Below are positions 60,382 through 64,000 of a stretch of DNA of 64,000 nucleotides, piece after piece. Numbering within the stretch: the first letter of the stretch is position 1; each line of letters starts with the position of its first letter. A model generated the notes under the pieces. That model worked only from the letters and a program-made list of their open reading frames with translations. It was not told the origin of the DNA and ran no database searches. The DNA is from an uncultured Bacilli bacterium (GTDB lineage Bacteria > Bacillota_I > Bacilli_A > RF39 > UBA660): assembly GCA_947626095.1 (NCBI GenBank), contig CANQQV010000003.1:32001-96000 (forward strand). The letters are read 5' to 3'. The translations under genes and the position numbers were made by a program.

Positions 60382-61316
60382 TATTTTACTATGCTATAAA
60401 GAACACGAGCTTTATCTAAACCATTTATATAATCTAAAGCTGCCATTTCTTTTTTACCAAAAGGTTTAACTCTTGTAATATAGACTACTTTATCTTTTGT
60501 ACATATACCAATATTATCTTTATTTATTTCACATATTGTTCCTGCTGAAAAACGACTATCTTTATCTCCAATAAAACATTCTAAAATTTTTACTTCTTGT
60601 TCATTAATCAAACAATTAGCTTTAGGCCATGGATATAACCCACGAACTTTATTATATATTTCCTTTGCCGTTAAATTAAAATCTAAATGTTCTTCTTCAC
60701 GTGTAATATTATAAGCATAGGTTGCTAAAGCATCATCTTGCTTTATTCTTTTGTTAGTTCTCTCGACAATTGAAGGCAATGTATCTAACAATAAATCTCT
60801 ACCCATTACACTAAGTGTATCATGTAAAATACCAACATTATCACTATCTTTAATTATATATTCCCTAGTTGCAATAATATCACCAGTATCCATATTCTTA
60901 TCCATATACATAATCGTAATTCCCGTTTTTTCTTCACCATCTATAATTGCATGATGAAGTGGTGCTCCACCTCTTAATCTTGGTAACAAAGAAGCATGAA
61001 CATTAATACAACCTAATCTTGGCGCATTTAAAATTTCTTCGGGAATAATTTGACCATAAGCACATGTAATTATTATATCTGCCTTAGTATTAACAACTTC
61101 ATTGTATTCTTTTCTTATCTTAGTTGGTTGAAAAACTTTAATACCATGACTTAAAGCCACTTTCTTAACAGGTGTCATCTCCATTTCATGATGACGACCA
61201 ACTTCTTTATCTGGTTGTGTTACGACCATTACAACATCTGTATTTTCAATTAACATTTCTAATATAGGTACTGCAAAATCTGGAGTTCCCATAAAGATAA
61301 CTTTTGTATCTTTCAT
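60381..61316 (-). CDS. fmt: Methionyl-tRNA formyltransferase
   Basis: FMGTPDFA, VVTQPD, AYGQI, INVHASLLP..RGGAP, MDTGD. Confidence 0.97.
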   Translation of the reverse strand: MKDTKVIFMGTPDFAVPILEMLIENTDVVMVVTQPDKEVGRHHEMEMTPVKKVALSHGIKVFQPTKIRKEYNEVVNTKADIIITCAYGQIIPEEILNAPRLGCINVHASLLPRLRGGAPLHHAIIDGEEKTGITIMYMDKNMDTGDIIATREYIIKDSDNVGILHDTLSVMGRDLLLDTLPSIVERTNKRIKQDDALATYAYNITREEEHLDFNLTAKEIYNKVRGLYPWPKANCLINEQEVKILECFIGDKDSRFSAGTICEINKDNIGICTKDKVVYITRVKPFGKKEMAALDYINGLDKARVLYSIVK

Positions 61317-61341
61317 ATTATCACCTTATCTATTATAACAT

Positions 61342-62208
61342 TTATTTTCTTCTGTTTTCACTTATTAATTCCATATCTTCGGTAAGTTCTTTAATTCTTT
61401 CAACCAAACGACGTGCTTTTACTTCATCATCACTATATTTATTTGTATTTAAATGATTTTCTAATTCTTTAAGAGTTAAATTAGAAGTAAAGAAAGTTGT
61501 CTTATAATTATTCATTCGTTTTTGTAATATTGGTCCTAATATTTCATCTCTACCCCATTCAGTAACTCTTTCAGCTCCAATATCATCAAGTAATAACAAA
61601 TCCACATTTTCTAAGTAATCAATATAATCAGCAAAATTATCAAAGTCACTCTTTAAATCACGTAATAATTCGGGAAAATAAACAATTTCTGTTGTAACTC
61701 TCTTTTTAGCTAACTCATTAAATAAAGCAGCTATAAAATATGTTTTACCACTACCAAAATTACCATGTAAATAAAGCCCTTTAAATTTCCCATTACGATT
61801 ATATTCATCATAAAACTTTTTTAACCATTTAATAACATGAATTCTCTTTTTATCCGTCAAATCCAAATCCGCCATTGAAGCTGAAGCTAATTCCTTTTCT
61901 CTAGTTGGTTTATTTTCTTCTTGTTTTATTGCTTCCTTTTGATATTTACAAGGTGCATACGAAAATATAACATTATTATTTTGCTTTTCTGGATAAAAGA
62001 CATGTCCTTCTTGTTTATTTTGACAAACCATTAAACCAGTACATTCATGACAATTAGTCAGTTCACTAACTGTTCTTTCTAAAGATGAAGTATATTTCAT
62101 CGCTTCTTCATCTTTTAAACCTAATTTTTTTACTAAAGCACAAAACTTTTTATCCTTTTGCGCTTCACTATAACTTTCTTTTAAGGCTTTTTCATTATAT
62201 TTTTCCAT
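61342..62208 (-). CDS. dnaI: Primosomal helicase loader DnaI
   Basis: N-terminal Zn Cys cluster, GNFGSGKT, LLLDDIGAE, W.RDEILGPILQ.RM, TFFTSN. Confidence 0.94.
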   Translation of the reverse strand: MEKYNEKALKESYSEAQKDKKFCALVKKLGLKDEEAMKYTSSLERTVSELTNCHECTGLMVCQNKQEGHVFYPEKQNNNVIFSYAPCKYQKEAIKQEENKPTREKELASASMADLDLTDKKRIHVIKWLKKFYDEYNRNGKFKGLYLHGNFGSGKTYFIAALFNELAKKRVTTEIVYFPELLRDLKSDFDNFADYIDYLENVDLLLLDDIGAERVTEWGRDEILGPILQKRMNNYKTTFFTSNLTLKELENHLNTNKYSDDEVKARRLVERIKELTEDMELISENRRK

Positions 62209-62213
62209 CTTAA

Positions 62214-63494
62214 TCACCTAAAATCTTTTAATAAATCTTCTAACTCATTAAGTTCTTCATCACTAATTTCTTCCTTTTTAATTTCACTATTAAACCATAC
62301 TGGTTCTGATGTCGAAACTTTCTTATTCGTTTTATTTTCAATCTTCTTCATTATTTTACTATTTTCTTTTTTTGCTAACTCCATCGCTTCTTTAGCGGTT
62401 TGAACATTACATCTCTTCCATTGACTCGCAATTGTTTCAATATAAGCTTGATTAAGTTTATTATTATTTTTCTTTAGTGCATAATCAACTAAAACATTAA
62501 TAACTGCTGGCGGTAGCTCTAAATCAATCATTAAACATTCAATTATTTTTAAATCATGAGCTGTTGGTTTGGCTCCCTTATTCTTCATTCTTAAAAAGTC
62601 ATAAGGAGAAGTATTTTCAAACATATATATAATCTTCGCTAACGCTGAAGTTTCTCCCTCCGGTGTTTTTAAATACTCTGGTTGCGTACGATAAACTAAA
62701 GTTGGTAATTTACCATTGTTATTATATTGATAATACTTACGGGCATTCTTACGTAATTCTTCTTTATCAAAAGTACCCTTATCTGTAATAACCACTCTTA
62801 ATAATTCAATCATTTTCAAAGTATCTAAATCATAGATAAAAGCCAACTGCTCAATTAATTCTTTAACTTTCTTAGTTAACGCATTTTCTTTAACTAAACC
62901 TTTTGGCATTGACGATAGTAACAAATCAAAATCAATATTACTATCTAACTTAATATTTAGTGCAGTCTTTTCTCTAGCTTCAATTGGTTCAAAATTAGAT
63001 GAAGACTTATATGTCGCATTTAGCTCTTTTGATATATCATTATAATCTTTTAAATCAATCTTTGGTAACTCGTACTCTGAAACTATCAAATCATATTCTG
63101 TTTTACCAATATTATTATATAAAGTAACACTAAAGATTGGTGAAGCAAAAAACTCTTTTGGACTTAATGGTGAATATAATTCATAAACATATGAATTAGG
63201 TTCACCTTCCTTTAAATACGCTTTTAAAAGTCCAACTCCTTCTAACGATTCTCTCGCTAACCTAATTACTTCCAAACTACTTTTCATTATTGTCATTAAA
63301 TGATGATGCGTATGATCCGCACTAATTAAATCTAATAAATTAATATCTCTTAATAAAGTAAAATATAAGCTAACCGCAATAGGTCCTATTATTGGTTCAT
63401 ACAAAGAAATAATATTCTTTTTATCATCTTCAGTAATAATTGATTTATTAACAACTGTATAAGTATCTGCTGGTAATAAAGATATTATTTTCAT
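62214..63494 (-). CDS. dnaB: Replication initiation/membrane attachment protein DnaB (Firmicutes type)
   Basis: LYEPIIG..A.SLY, LE.VGLLK, Y.L..PLSP..FF, VINVLVDY, YIE.IA..W; upstream of dnaI. Confidence 0.9.
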   Translation of the reverse strand: MKIISLLPADTYTVVNKSIITEDDKKNIISLYEPIIGPIAVSLYFTLLRDINLLDLISADHTHHHLMTIMKSSLEVIRLARESLEGVGLLKAYLKEGEPNSYVYELYSPLSPKEFFASPIFSVTLYNNIGKTEYDLIVSEYELPKIDLKDYNDISKELNATYKSSSNFEPIEAREKTALNIKLDSNIDFDLLLSSMPKGLVKENALTKKVKELIEQLAFIYDLDTLKMIELLRVVITDKGTFDKEELRKNARKYYQYNNNGKLPTLVYRTQPEYLKTPEGETSALAKIIYMFENTSPYDFLRMKNKGAKPTAHDLKIIECLMIDLELPPAVINVLVDYALKKNNNKLNQAYIETIASQWKRCNVQTAKEAMELAKKENSKIMKKIENKTNKKVSTSEPVWFNSEIKKEEISDEELNELEDLLKDFR

Positions 63495-63554
63495 ATGACC
63501 ACACCCTTAATATGTATTATAAACTACAATCATTTATTTTAAAAGAAAAAACGG

Positions 63555-64000
63555 CTAACAGCCGCCTTCTTCACCTACTTCACATTCACTACCTAAATAA
63601 CTAGCAATTAACTTTGTATACTCTTCAGATAATTTATTAACTTCTTCATCAGTTAAATCTCTTAAATTTTGTTTATCATCTAACTCATGACCATCAAGAG
63701 TTCCCTCATGGAAACCAACTATTTCACCACCTTTAACTGCTACTACTGTTGGTGTATTTAATCTTTTAACTCCTGTTTTAACTTTTTTACCTTTAGATGT
63801 ATATAAAACATATTCATCTAAATAATCAGCTAAAGAAGTAACTACTTCATAATAAGCATCACTAGCATCTTTCGTTTTCTTTGCTTTATTCTTATCGTTT
63901 AAATTATAAATATCACGAAGATCATTTTCTTCTTTATCATTAGGTCTTATATTAACATAGTATATTTTATCTAAGTTAGTACTACTCATTGCATTTAATA
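63555..64000 (-). CDS. 3' part of a thioredoxin-fold protein (start outside the window)
   Basis: IYYVNI...TPTVVAVKGGEIVG (cis-Pro strand); C-terminal C......GC; frame open to the window edge. Confidence 0.65.
   Translation of the reverse strand, partial: LNAMSSTNLDKIYYVNIRPNDKEENDLRDIYNLNDKNKAKKTKDASDAYYEVVTSLADYLDEYVLYTSKGKKVKTGVKRLNTPTVVAVKGGEIVGFHEGTLDGHELDDKQNLRDLTDEEVNKLSEEYTKLIASYLGSECEVGEEGGC

Noticed and set aside
1064-60954. Short opposite-strand or alternate-frame ORFs in the track (e.g. 1064-1264, 1907-2335, 10851-11120, 17997-18194, 26346-26624, 36113-36379, 46652-46885, 60751-60954)
   Set aside because: They are shadows of well-supported genes, with no RBS or recognisable motifs.
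1-64000. CRISPR arrays, tRNA/rRNA genes, IS elements, integrases, prophage
   Set aside because: No regularly spaced direct repeats, cloverleaf sequences or transposase/phage motifs seen; intergenic gaps are short and mostly explained by promoters and terminators.

Overview
A very AT-rich, gene-dense core-chromosome segment read with the standard genetic code; almost all genes are on the minus strand. The mix of peptidoglycan and division genes (mraZ-rsmH-ftsL-pbpB, ddl, murF, a second class B PBP), dnaB-dnaI, parE-parC, lexA and endospore genes (sigG, ylmC, sirA, ylbD/ylbE-like, yqfT-like) suggests a reduced, spore-forming member of Bacilli, probably an RF39-like gut lineage (inference). I saw no rRNA, tRNA, CRISPR array, transposase, integrase or phage gene. 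Two real genes are missing from the ORF track: rpmG (18605-18769) and a 45-aa single-TM ORF divergent from lexA (35667-35804). The most notable signals are: (1) a non-canonical LexA-box candidate (core AAAC-N4-GTTTG) over the lexA, small-ORF and rarA promoters, with the small ORF in the yneA/sosA position; (2) a repeated design in which the terminator of a vegetative gene hides the RBS of the next sporulation gene and carries that gene's -10 element in its loop (tkt/sirA, parC/ylbD); (3) a carD plus stand-alone RNAP alpha-CTD operon behind a structured leader; (4) an atypical RpoD-like sigma factor; (5) a P-type ATPase derivative lacking its catalytic motifs, coupled to MYG1; (6) a 1142-aa protein with a possible degenerate ADP-ribosyltransferase-like C-terminus. 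All family calls come from reading motifs by eye; no searches were run.
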